Assembly (NCBI RefSeq): GCF_000143415.4
Contig: NW_003314293.1
Location: 651,763 to 715,762, forward strand
Length of the DNA: 64,000 nt
Direction: 5' to 3'
DNA from: Selaginella moellendorffii
Taxonomy: Eukaryota > Plantae > Lycopodiophyta
The notes beneath the pieces were generated by a model that did not search any database, was not told the DNA's origin, and worked only from the letters and a program-made list of their open reading frames with translations. The position numbers and the translations under genes were made by a program. Below are positions 37,236 through 45,973 of the stretch, one piece after another; the first letter of the stretch is position 1; every line of letters starts with the position of its first letter.

Positions 37236-39419
37236 ATGTTGAGGAATGCACTGCGCAAGCAGTTCGTCCTCCTCGGTAAGAAGCCTCCTCTCGATCTTTT
37301 CTCCACGATCTTGGCTTCTCGATCTCCGGCACTCCGGTCTCAGCACAGCGAACCCACCCTCCTTCCGGATCTCCAGTCGAGCAGCGAACAGGAAGCGCTG
37401 GACCTCGTCCGCCAGTGCTGCGAGCTGGGATCTCTCGACCAGGCAAAGCGTCTCCACGCCTCCATCCTCGAGAAGGGCGTCTCCAGCGCCAAGCTCTTCT
37501 CCAAGTACCTCATCCGGATGTACGCGCAGTGTGGCAGCCTTGAGGACGCGCAGCGCGCATTCGATGGCATCGCTCACCCGGGCGTGGTCTCCTGGACCGA
37601 GCTCGTCAAGGCGTATGCCCACACCGGGCATCTTGGCGAAGCATTTCGCTGCTTTCGCTGGATGCTCCTCGCGGGCACCCGGCCGGATCTAGTCCTCCTC
37701 TCGCAGCTCCTCCTCCACCAGGAGCCTCCGCTCGGCCTGGAAGAAGCCAAGCTCCTCGACGCGATCGTCTGCTCGTCCGGGTACGCCAGAGATTTGCTCC
37801 TGGGAACTTCGCTCCTGGTCTGGTATGGGCGATGCGGGCGGCTCGAGGAGAGCAAGGCCGTCTTCTCCAGGATGGAGGGCCGCGACGCCGCTGCCTGGAA
37901 CGCGATGATCTGGAGCGCCATTCTCAGCGGCGAGAAGAAGGAGGCATTGACACTCTTCCAGGCGATGAAGGACGAGGGCGTTGCTCCGGAGGGTGTGGAC
38001 TACTGGGCGGCGCTCAAGGCCTGCGAGCTTGTCTCGGAGGTGAGAGCTCTCCACGCCGAGATCTCCTCGAGGAAGATGGAGGGCGATCCCGATGTGGCCT
38101 CGGCGCTCATCGACTGCTACGGACAGCTTGGTGAGCTCGAGGTGGCGGAGCAGCTCCTCTTCACTTTCGGTCTCGAGGAGGCCCCGTGCTGGACGAGCTT
38201 ACTCGTCGCGTACGCTCGCCACGGATACCACAGCCGGGTGATCCAAGTCTTCCACGAGATGCAGCACAGGCGCTTGACGGCCAACTTCGCCACCTTCGCC
38301 GCGGTGCTCGACGCCTGCGCCGGGCTGGGAGCTCTCGTCGAGGGGAGAGTCATCCACCGGCGAGTCGTCGAGGTCGAGAAGCTCCCCATCGCTGGAACTC
38401 TGGCGAGGTCCCTCGTCAGCATGTATGCCAAGTGTGGAGAGCTCGGGGAGGCGTGGAGCGTCTTTGAGGGTGTCACCGGCAAGCGGGAGCTCAGGCTCTG
38501 GAACACTTGCATCGACGCGTTCGCGGCTCACGGGCAGGGGCACTCGGTGCTCCAGCTCTTCCAGCTGATGCAGCAAGAGGGAGTGAAGCCGGATCAAACC
38601 ACCTTCTCGAGGCTGCTATTCGTCTGCTGCTACGTTGGTCTCATCGAAGCTGGCTATGCTTTCTTCGCCTTGATGATCACTGACCACTTGCTATCTCCTA
38701 GCCTGGAGAACTACGCCTGCATGGTCGATCTTCTGGGACGAGCTGGAAACCTAGATGGAGCTCAAAAACTTATCACCAGAACTCCATATCAATCCAGCCC
38801 CGTTCTCTGGAGGAGCTTGCTAGCGGCTTGTGGGATCCAAGGTGATGTCGAGCGAGGAAAACGAGCCGCTGTTCAGATCTTTACTTTGGATCCAACCATC
38901 GCGGAGGTATACGTGGTGCTGGCGAGAATCTACGAGAGCACTGCGAAACCGGCCATCGCTCGAAAGGTAAAGCTGCTGATGAAGGAGCGAGATGTAAGCT
39001 CGGAGCTAGCCCGGAGCTGGATCCAGATCAGTGGTGTCATTCACAGCTTCACCACTGGAGATCAAACTCATCCCCAAACCGAGGAGATATACGCTGCTCT
39101 CCAGAAGCTCGAGGCTGATTATCCGGCCTGGGAGGCTGCCGGGACGAGCAACAACGACTTGACCATGCACGACGTCGATGAGGAGGATGAAAACTCGGTT
39201 CACAGCGAGAAGCTGGCTCTTGTCGTTGGCCTGATGAACTCGCGGTTCCAGGAGAATGAGACGCCGGTGGTGGTGTTTAAGAACAAGAGGATGTGCCGTG
39301 AGTGCCACTCTTTCTTTGCGACGATATCGAAGGTGGCCGCTCGTGACATTGTCGTGCGGGACAGCTCCAGATTTCATTGGTTTAGACAGTGTTCTTGTTC
39401 CTGTGGGGATTACTGGTGA
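37236..39419 (+). CDS. PLS-E-DYW PPR protein (organellar C-to-U editing factor), intronless
   Basis: Transit-peptide-like N-terminus, PLS repeats, HSEKLA (HxE), KNKRMCRECH (CxxC), VRDSSRFH and terminal CSCGDYW. Confidence 0.95.
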   Translation: MLRNALRKQFVLLGKKPPLDLFSTILASRSPALRSQHSEPTLLPDLQSSSEQEALDLVRQCCELGSLDQAKRLHASILEKGVSSAKLFSKYLIRMYAQCGSLEDAQRAFDGIAHPGVVSWTELVKAYAHTGHLGEAFRCFRWMLLAGTRPDLVLLSQLLLHQEPPLGLEEAKLLDAIVCSSGYARDLLLGTSLLVWYGRCGRLEESKAVFSRMEGRDAAAWNAMIWSAILSGEKKEALTLFQAMKDEGVAPEGVDYWAALKACELVSEVRALHAEISSRKMEGDPDVASALIDCYGQLGELEVAEQLLFTFGLEEAPCWTSLLVAYARHGYHSRVIQVFHEMQHRRLTANFATFAAVLDACAGLGALVEGRVIHRRVVEVEKLPIAGTLARSLVSMYAKCGELGEAWSVFEGVTGKRELRLWNTCIDAFAAHGQGHSVLQLFQLMQQEGVKPDQTTFSRLLFVCCYVGLIEAGYAFFALMITDHLLSPSLENYACMVDLLGRAGNLDGAQKLITRTPYQSSPVLWRSLLAACGIQGDVERGKRAAVQIFTLDPTIAEVYVVLARIYESTAKPAIARKVKLLMKERDVSSELARSWIQISGVIHSFTTGDQTHPQTEEIYAALQKLEADYPAWEAAGTSNNDLTMHDVDEEDENSVHSEKLALVVGLMNSRFQENETPVVVFKNKRMCRECHSFFATISKVAARDIVVRDSSRFHWFRQCSCSCGDYW

Positions 39420-39519
39420 TAATAACTTTTTTCCTCATGAAAACTACAAACACCTAGCACTGAAACATCAAAGCTCATCACATAGTTTGCAAATTCTAAC
39501 CTTCCATATGGTAGAGATG

Positions 39520-40878
39520 TTAAATTAGCCTGTCGTAGACTTCCTGGGCAAATGGCCTGTTGCTAGCATCGTTGTCCATGCATTCTCGGATACAGGCAGC
39601 GACATCGTCAGTGTAAGAGCTGAGAAGGCTGAGTATGCTTTCCCGATGAGACACTGCCGGATCACTGCCAAAGACTTCGGTGTTGGACAAGAGAAAGGAC
39701 TTCCCGAGCTTGAGCTCCGCCATCACCACCCCCATCGAGTAGATGTCACACTCAAAGCTGTAGCGGCCACCAGCAATGCGCTCCGGGGCCTGGTAAATCC
39801 TCTTGCGGAGCTCGTAGTGTGGATCATTCCCCGACCTCTCCCTCTCGCTCATTTCCAGGGGATCTGCGAGGCGCGCTAGGAGGAACCCCGCGAGCTTGAC
39901 TTGCAAGCTTGCGGCTTGCTGCTGGGCGACGATGAGAATGTTGTTGGAGCTGATGCTCTCGTGCACAATGTGGCACCTGTGAAGATCGGCTACTGCTGCT
40001 GCCAGGCTCAGAAGCACACTGTTGGTGGCACCGGGATCTAGTCCTCCCAGTTGCTGAAAACTGTTAGCAATCTGGAATTCCAGGGTGGTGACTGCGGACT
40101 TGGAGTGGCATCCTTCCACCCGGCTCATAATATGATAGCTTCCATCCTGTTCGATCATCTTCTCCATCTTCACCAGGCCTAGCTCACTTGCTGGTATGTC
40201 CTGGTAGACGAGGATCAGCCTTCCAATTCGATTCAGCCTGCAAGCTTTGACCTTGGGCGTCGTGCCAACGGGAATGGTTTCAACGAAAAACACAGACCCA
40301 TCATCTGCCTCAAGGAGCCGGTCTTGGTCCTGCGGATTATAACTGGGAAGGCCCGCCATGCTTCGGGAGTAGACATTGCTGCTGATGAGATCTTGTTTTC
40401 TGATGGGCTTGAGATTCCTGGGATCCATGATCTTCGAGATAACTTTCCTGGAGTTACTCATGCCATCTCTATCTTTGTCCTCATTGTTACCAATATCAAC
40501 AATGCCGCCCTGTGCTTGCTTGGACAAGCTGACCAATATGTGTACAATGTTGACCAATTTCTCGATCTTGTCTAGCTGCTCGCGGACCCTCTTTGCTACA
40601 AACATGGATTCGTCGAGCACCTTTTGGAGCTTACACAGCCGATTGTAAATGCGCTGGTTGCAGAGCAACAAACCTTGTTTTTGCTCGTCAGAGATCCCCT
40701 TTTGGGTTTCAGCCACTGACCGGAGCTCCTTGTAGATCTCCACAGCAAGCACCATCCGAGCGTAGTCTTCCTGGTCGAGTCTCTCCAACAAACCCTTCAC
40801 ACGATTCAAGAGGTTAATGATGCTATCGATGGAGGCGACTAGGCCAACAACACCCGCCACAACACTGAAAGGATCCAT
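39520..40878 (-). CDS. HeLo/HELL-like helical N-domain plus pseudokinase (MLKL-like architecture), 452 aa, intronless
   Basis: N-terminus MDPFSVVAGVVGLV.. followed by about 120 aa of amphipathic helices. Kinase C-lobe with HESISSNNIL (no catalytic Asp), QVKLAGFL (GFL for DFG), YQAPE, DIYSMGVVMAEL and RP. Confidence 0.8.
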   Translation of the reverse strand: MDPFSVVAGVVGLVASIDSIINLLNRVKGLLERLDQEDYARMVLAVEIYKELRSVAETQKGISDEQKQGLLLCNQRIYNRLCKLQKVLDESMFVAKRVREQLDKIEKLVNIVHILVSLSKQAQGGIVDIGNNEDKDRDGMSNSRKVISKIMDPRNLKPIRKQDLISSNVYSRSMAGLPSYNPQDQDRLLEADDGSVFFVETIPVGTTPKVKACRLNRIGRLILVYQDIPASELGLVKMEKMIEQDGSYHIMSRVEGCHSKSAVTTLEFQIANSFQQLGGLDPGATNSVLLSLAAAVADLHRCHIVHESISSNNILIVAQQQAASLQVKLAGFLLARLADPLEMSERERSGNDPHYELRKRIYQAPERIAGGRYSFECDIYSMGVVMAELKLGKSFLLSNTEVFGSDPAVSHRESILSLLSSYTDDVAACIRECMDNDASNRPFAQEVYDRLI

Positions 40879-40907
40879 GAAGGCACTGTTCAGCTCACAC
40901 TTTATCC

Positions 40908-43781
40908 CTAGTGTTTTTCCTTCTCCAGTGACTCCTTCCAACTTCTGGCCATCTCAACATCTCGTTCAAGATCTTTGTCCCCAAGGAACTTCCTCCACTT
41001 TTCGACCCCTTGGGTGTCACCCAGGGCGTAGCAGTAGCGGAAGCAGACCGCAGCAGATTGGCGGTGGCGTTTCTTCTCGGCAGCCATGGCAAAAAAGTTG
41101 TAGGCTTGCATGGACACTTGCTTCAGTCCGGTTCTGGAGGCCACTAGCATTCCCATGTTAAAGAGGCTTTCAGCGTCAAGCTTGTCAGCAGACTTGGAAA
41201 CAAGCTCGATCAGCTCCTCCCCGTCTTTGTCTTGGTAACCAGCACCCGCTTGGTAGCACACTTGTGGATGCAAGCTCCAGAGTGATCGCCGAAACCAGTA
41301 CTCGGCCTCGCTTGTGTACTGACCTTTCTTCTGCACGAGTAAGAACGCAAGCATCGACGCTGCTCTTTCTGCACCATGGAGCAAAGCCTGTTTCAGTAGC
41401 TTCTCGGCCCCAGCCAAATCTCCTCGATAACGCAGCATGCCCGCCAGCTCCACCATGGCTAGCGAATTGCCGAGATCCACGGCTCGTTGCAGCAGCTGGA
41501 GCTTGCGTTCCCTGCCCACGCCCCCGCAAATGGCAAGCTGCAGCATTGCGGTGTCGTTGCCAGCTGAAACTCCCTGCTCCCACAGGCGGACTGCCATGTC
41601 ATTGTCTCCATTCTGGGAGAACTCCATCGCTTGCATGCTCAGGGCCTCGGCATCGCCCGCTTCGGCGGCAGCTCGCCACCATTCCATTGCCTTGCGTTCA
41701 TCTTGGAGCCTCCTTCGATAGAGAGCACCGATTTTTGTGACGACACTTGGCTCCATGTACTGCCTTTTCTCTGCGAGTATCTGGTGCCACTCGTCTGAAT
41801 GGAATTTGGCCGACATATTGAAGAGAGCGTTCATAGCCTTGATGCTGACATCTCTTGATTGCCTGAATATCCTCATTACCACTTCTTCTTCTCCCAGCTC
41901 GAGCAGACCATCCATAAGATCATACTCTACTGTCGACTTGTGACGATTCATTCGAAAAAACAGCAGTAGCTCGTCATCGGAAGTCGAGTTGAACCTCTTG
42001 CTCAATAAAGTTCTGAGCCTTATGCAAATAGAGTTCAGCGCGAGACGTCCTTTCCCTTCCCGGTGAATCCTTGTATTGAGGATTAAAGCTTTCATGCAGC
42101 TCAACCTGGCCCAGCCGGAAGTCATCCTCTCTAAATTAGCGGCTGCAGTGTAGAAGTCAATTGCATCCGTGTTCTCACATCTCAGCTTGTACAAGTCGCC
42201 AATGAACTCAAGCAGTGCGCCGTTTCTCGACTCAGCCAAGAGCCCTGCCTTGTCAATCGTGCCTTTGACAACACTCCTGAGGATTCTCCCCAAGAGGCTC
42301 CCACCCTCGACGCTCCTCTCCAGAAACTCCATCTCTTTGGCAGGAAGCTCGCGGTAACCCGGGTTGACGGCCATGTAGAAGAGTGCTAGAAGTGCCTGTG
42401 CGTGTGCATATCCCGTCTTGGCTGCTTTCAAGAGAAGATCGAGTACGTTCCTGTGGTTGCCATTGACCGTGGGAGCAAACTCAAGACAAGAGCTAAACAT
42501 TCCGCTCCGCAAACTATATACGTTGGCAAACTCCACTTGAGCATACGCGTTACCCCGGCTAGAAAGCTCTGCTAGATGCTGTATTGCATCACCAATTCCC
42601 ATCCTGGTTTGTATCATTGCCAAGTAGTAGTCCACAAGGGCGCTCATCAACATGTTGACACCGATCTCGTCTTCGAGCATCACAAGGCAGTCCTTGAACA
42701 GTTCCAATGCTGCCTCCCAGTTTCTTTGGCATCCGTAGCCATGGAAGTTCATGATACCCAGAAAGAGCTTGGCCACTGCGCTTTCAGACGTGGTAAACAC
42801 GTCAAATGCCTCCTCGTTTCGTTGTTGATAGAAAAGCATCCTGCCCTGGCGGATGAGGTCGGCGTTGTCGCCTTCTTCGTTCTCAAGGAAAGTGTCGGTC
42901 CAATAACACGCCAAGTTGACCCTCTCCGCCTCCCCAATGGCATGATCAAGCAGACCTTTAAAGCTATCGAAATCACGATCATCGCTGGAGTAAAGATGGT
43001 CAAGAGCATCAAGGACCTCATCGCAGCTGGGCCTTTCGAGTGGGCAGGAAGCCAAACACTGGATTACGATTTCAACGTCGCCGAGGAGCTCTTGCAGCAC
43101 AAGGCCAAGGCTGTAGATGTCAGAGGCCAAGCGATGGTACATACTGCCAGGAGGAGCAGCCCGTTTCTCGGGTGCCATGAAAGCCGGTGTGCCGAGTACC
43201 TCCCCAAAGTCATTGTCGCCCATCTGTCTTGCGGTGCCAAAGTCACACAGCTTGGCCCTCAGCCCAAAGTCAAGCAACACATTGTCACTCTTGACATCCT
43301 CGTGAGCAATGCCTCTACCGTGCAGGCTGCAAAGGCCGCCACACAAATCCCTGGCAATCACCACCTTGAGACGGCCCGACAAGCTTTGGCCGCTCGCATC
43401 CAGCAACGCCCTGAGCGATAAGTTGTAAGCGAGCTCCATGACAATGCAGCGATCATCATCCAGCCCCGTTTGGACGCGGCCGAGAAACTGGACGACGCGG
43501 GACTCACCTTTGAGTGACCGCATCACTTCGACCTCTCTTCGGATGCTGCTCTCTGAAACACCTCGGTTGTAGCTCTTGACTGCCACTGCTTGTCCCCTGT
43601 ATACGCCTAGCCTCACACTGCCATAGCTTCCCGCGCCACATTCCACCTCGCGGCTATCGATCTCGTAGTCATTGATATCTTCGTTGCTGTAGCCTTCCCG
43701 CAGCAGTACTATTGGGGATGGAGATGCTGAGCAGTCCATAGCTCTTAGTTGATTGCGTTGTAGGCTAGTTATATTCCCCAT
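40908..43781 (-). CDS. Non-RD TKL-type protein kinase fused to SEL1-like repeats, 957 aa, intronless
   Basis: GAGSYGSV, VAVK, RREVEVM, HEDVKSDNVLL, DFG and GTPAFMAPE. SEL1-like repeats include LLKAAKTGYAHAQALLA, AMEWWRAAAEAGDAEAL and LQRAVDLGNSLAMVELA. Confidence 0.9.
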   Translation of the reverse strand: MGNITSLQRNQLRAMDCSASPSPIVLLREGYSNEDINDYEIDSREVECGAGSYGSVRLGVYRGQAVAVKSYNRGVSESSIRREVEVMRSLKGESRVVQFLGRVQTGLDDDRCIVMELAYNLSLRALLDASGQSLSGRLKVVIARDLCGGLCSLHGRGIAHEDVKSDNVLLDFGLRAKLCDFGTARQMGDNDFGEVLGTPAFMAPEKRAAPPGSMYHRLASDIYSLGLVLQELLGDVEIVIQCLASCPLERPSCDEVLDALDHLYSSDDRDFDSFKGLLDHAIGEAERVNLACYWTDTFLENEEGDNADLIRQGRMLFYQQRNEEAFDVFTTSESAVAKLFLGIMNFHGYGCQRNWEAALELFKDCLVMLEDEIGVNMLMSALVDYYLAMIQTRMGIGDAIQHLAELSSRGNAYAQVEFANVYSLRSGMFSSCLEFAPTVNGNHRNVLDLLLKAAKTGYAHAQALLALFYMAVNPGYRELPAKEMEFLERSVEGGSLLGRILRSVVKGTIDKAGLLAESRNGALLEFIGDLYKLRCENTDAIDFYTAAANLERMTSGWARLSCMKALILNTRIHREGKGRLALNSICIRLRTLLSKRFNSTSDDELLLFFRMNRHKSTVEYDLMDGLLELGEEEVVMRIFRQSRDVSIKAMNALFNMSAKFHSDEWHQILAEKRQYMEPSVVTKIGALYRRRLQDERKAMEWWRAAAEAGDAEALSMQAMEFSQNGDNDMAVRLWEQGVSAGNDTAMLQLAICGGVGRERKLQLLQRAVDLGNSLAMVELAGMLRYRGDLAGAEKLLKQALLHGAERAASMLAFLLVQKKGQYTSEAEYWFRRSLWSLHPQVCYQAGAGYQDKDGEELIELVSKSADKLDAESLFNMGMLVASRTGLKQVSMQAYNFFAMAAEKKRHRQSAAVCFRYCYALGDTQGVEKWRKFLGDKDLERDVEMARSWKESLEKEKH

Positions 43782-44069
43782 ACCATCGTGAGAGATGGTT
43801 CGTTGCGGCTGGAATCTCTGCGAATTCGGAGAGCATGACTCCCTGTTGACTTGGCTCGCTTAGCTCGCTTAGCCATGTCCTTTGTCATGAGCCCTTGTTA
43901 CAACTATAGCAGTGAGCAATTTCATGCTTGCATCAGCCTTGGATTCAAAACATGGAGTTCTGAATAACATAAAAAATTTAAATCTTGCTCCTTGAAGCTT
44001 ATCAAGGCCGATGCCAAAGCAAATTTTATAACTATAAATGTCTTTGAATCCCACCTCTCTGCACATGTC

Positions 44070-45730
44070 TGGTCACGACGTCGAGCTGCGTTTTTTATCC
44101 ATCTCGATCAAACCGAAACTGTGGAAGTCGTCGTCAAGGAACAAACATCTCTCGAGCCACTCGTAAAGCTCCGTTCATGGCAAGTCTTTGAATGATCGTG
44201 GTTCCAGGCCACCACATTCCACTCGGGCATTGATCAGCAACCATTGATATGGAATATCAATAACGTAGTTATTGATAACTTCGTTGCTATAGCCTTCTTG
44301 CAGCAATGGGGATGGAGATGATGCAGAATCTATAGCCGTACCTAACAACAAGGACGCGTTGTACCCATTCCAGCGGGAAAGATGGTTTGTGATTGTACCT
44401 TTGGAATCAAAGGATGAGGCAATCTGTGGGCCAAGAAAATTTAATTTCCAACTTTTCTTTTTGTCATTATTTGATCCGAGTCATGCAACATGCAATCTGT
44501 TGCCAAGCAGGCAATATCATCCATTCATTCATATACTATTTACCTTGTAACGGCCTCCAAGAAGCATGAGACCAATGGAATTAAATATGCCGTGTTGAAA
44601 ATTGCTGTAGCTGTTTGTCGTCGGCATCTATGATACACAGTAAACTGCGAGTCCAAGGAAAGACTGGAGTTGAGGAGAGAATCACGGCAATGTCACTAGC
44701 ATGCGCAATCTGAATGTTGCCAGGCAAAAGTCCACAGGTGGAGGGGTAAAGCAGACATACTACTCCAAATGTTGGCCCTGGCTTTAGCAGAATTTGCAAT
44801 TTACAAATACAGGACAATTAACAATTGTCATCCTCGAATTTAGCCGTCTCCGTTTGGAGATTCTAGCACGGTGAAGGAGATGGGGTGGAGCAGTTGAAAA
44901 CATGGACAGAGATAATCTTGAAACACTGCACACCGAACTGATAGACCAACTAGAGTTATGGACATGGCAAGCAATGGTGTTCTTTTGTATTGCATCAGCC
45001 TGGGCCAGGGGTTTGGTGGTGGCGTGATCTTACGTAATGATGGCCTAGAACTCCATGCTCGAGAAGGTTAGAGTGGGGTGTCGATCTTGGATGGTCACAA
45101 TCCTGAAACTTTTAATTGAGAAAGAAACCATAAGAGGGGATGAATTTAGAGCCATCCTCTCTGAGTTCACAAAGATTCCAACCGAGAACAAGGTCACCTT
45201 GCGTAAACGGACTCGGTTGCAAGCGTATACAATATTCTCTAGTGGGAGACATGTATAGTATAGACCACTGGAAGACATATGTAGTTAGAGATTCGTGATG
45301 GCAAGCTTCAGGGCCTTGATAAGATCTCTGGCTTGGGCTGAGCACCGACACCATTGCAGTCCACGACACCACAGCCCGCTGCGGCATATGATTGAAGAGA
45401 TCTCTTGTCGATTCCAAATCTCCGCTCTCGGCATTTGCAACAATCATTGCGGTCCAGGTGACAACGGCAAGCTGCGGCATTTTACCCAGCAAAGCAAGGC
45501 CCTTGCTTGATCAAACCGGCTTTGAGCTTCAATCATCGTCACCCAGGAAATCACGTCCTTGACTGGCATACGCTCAAACATGTCTCGAGTTCCTCGTAAA
45601 TCTCCGTTCATGGCAAGTGCCTGACTGATCGTGTTCCAGGCCACCACATTCCACTTCCGGCACAATGCTAAATCTTCTTGGGACTCTTTAAGCCTTTGCA
45701 CAAGCGGCTATGGTGGCCTTAAACGCGATC
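44070..45730 (-). pseudogene. Mosaic of decayed PPR (-), kinase N-terminal (-) and FtsH2 C-terminal (+) fragments
   Basis: PPR pieces at 44070-44235 and 45300-45720. Kinase piece SASSPSPLLQEGYSNEVINNYVID at about 44250-44337. FtsH piece MMA*NSMLEK..LIEKETIRGDEFRAILSEFTKIPTENKV at 45010-45195. Confidence 0.8.
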
Positions 45731-45973
45731 AAGGAGCTGGTCCAAATTCTTGGGAGAGCCGCTTCGCGCGTGAATAGATCTGAATAGAGGCAAAAAATTC
45801 TCCAGCAGCGTAGCTGTCTGGGTACTAAAAAGGTGACAGAAGTAGAAGTTAGCTTATAAATCAACTCCAGTTGAAATCGGACTTGGGGTGTACCTCTTCC
45901 GCTCCTGGTGCTCTCCTACAAATAATTTACAATCCCAGTAACGCACGTCCATCACCTCCAAGGGCTCGAGCTG

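Noticed and set aside
40905-40925. Programmed -1 ribosomal frameshift joining the kinase-SEL1 and pseudokinase ORFs
   Set aside because: GGAAAAAC is not a canonical X XXY YYZ heptamer in frame and no stimulatory structure is evident; the downstream ORF has its own family-typical MDPFS start.
39520-43781. Contaminating fungal contig as the source of the kinase pair
   Set aside because: The pair is contiguous without gaps with plant PPR-DYW and ankyrin genes, and decayed copies are interleaved with plant PPR/FtsH fragments, which indicates residence in this genome.
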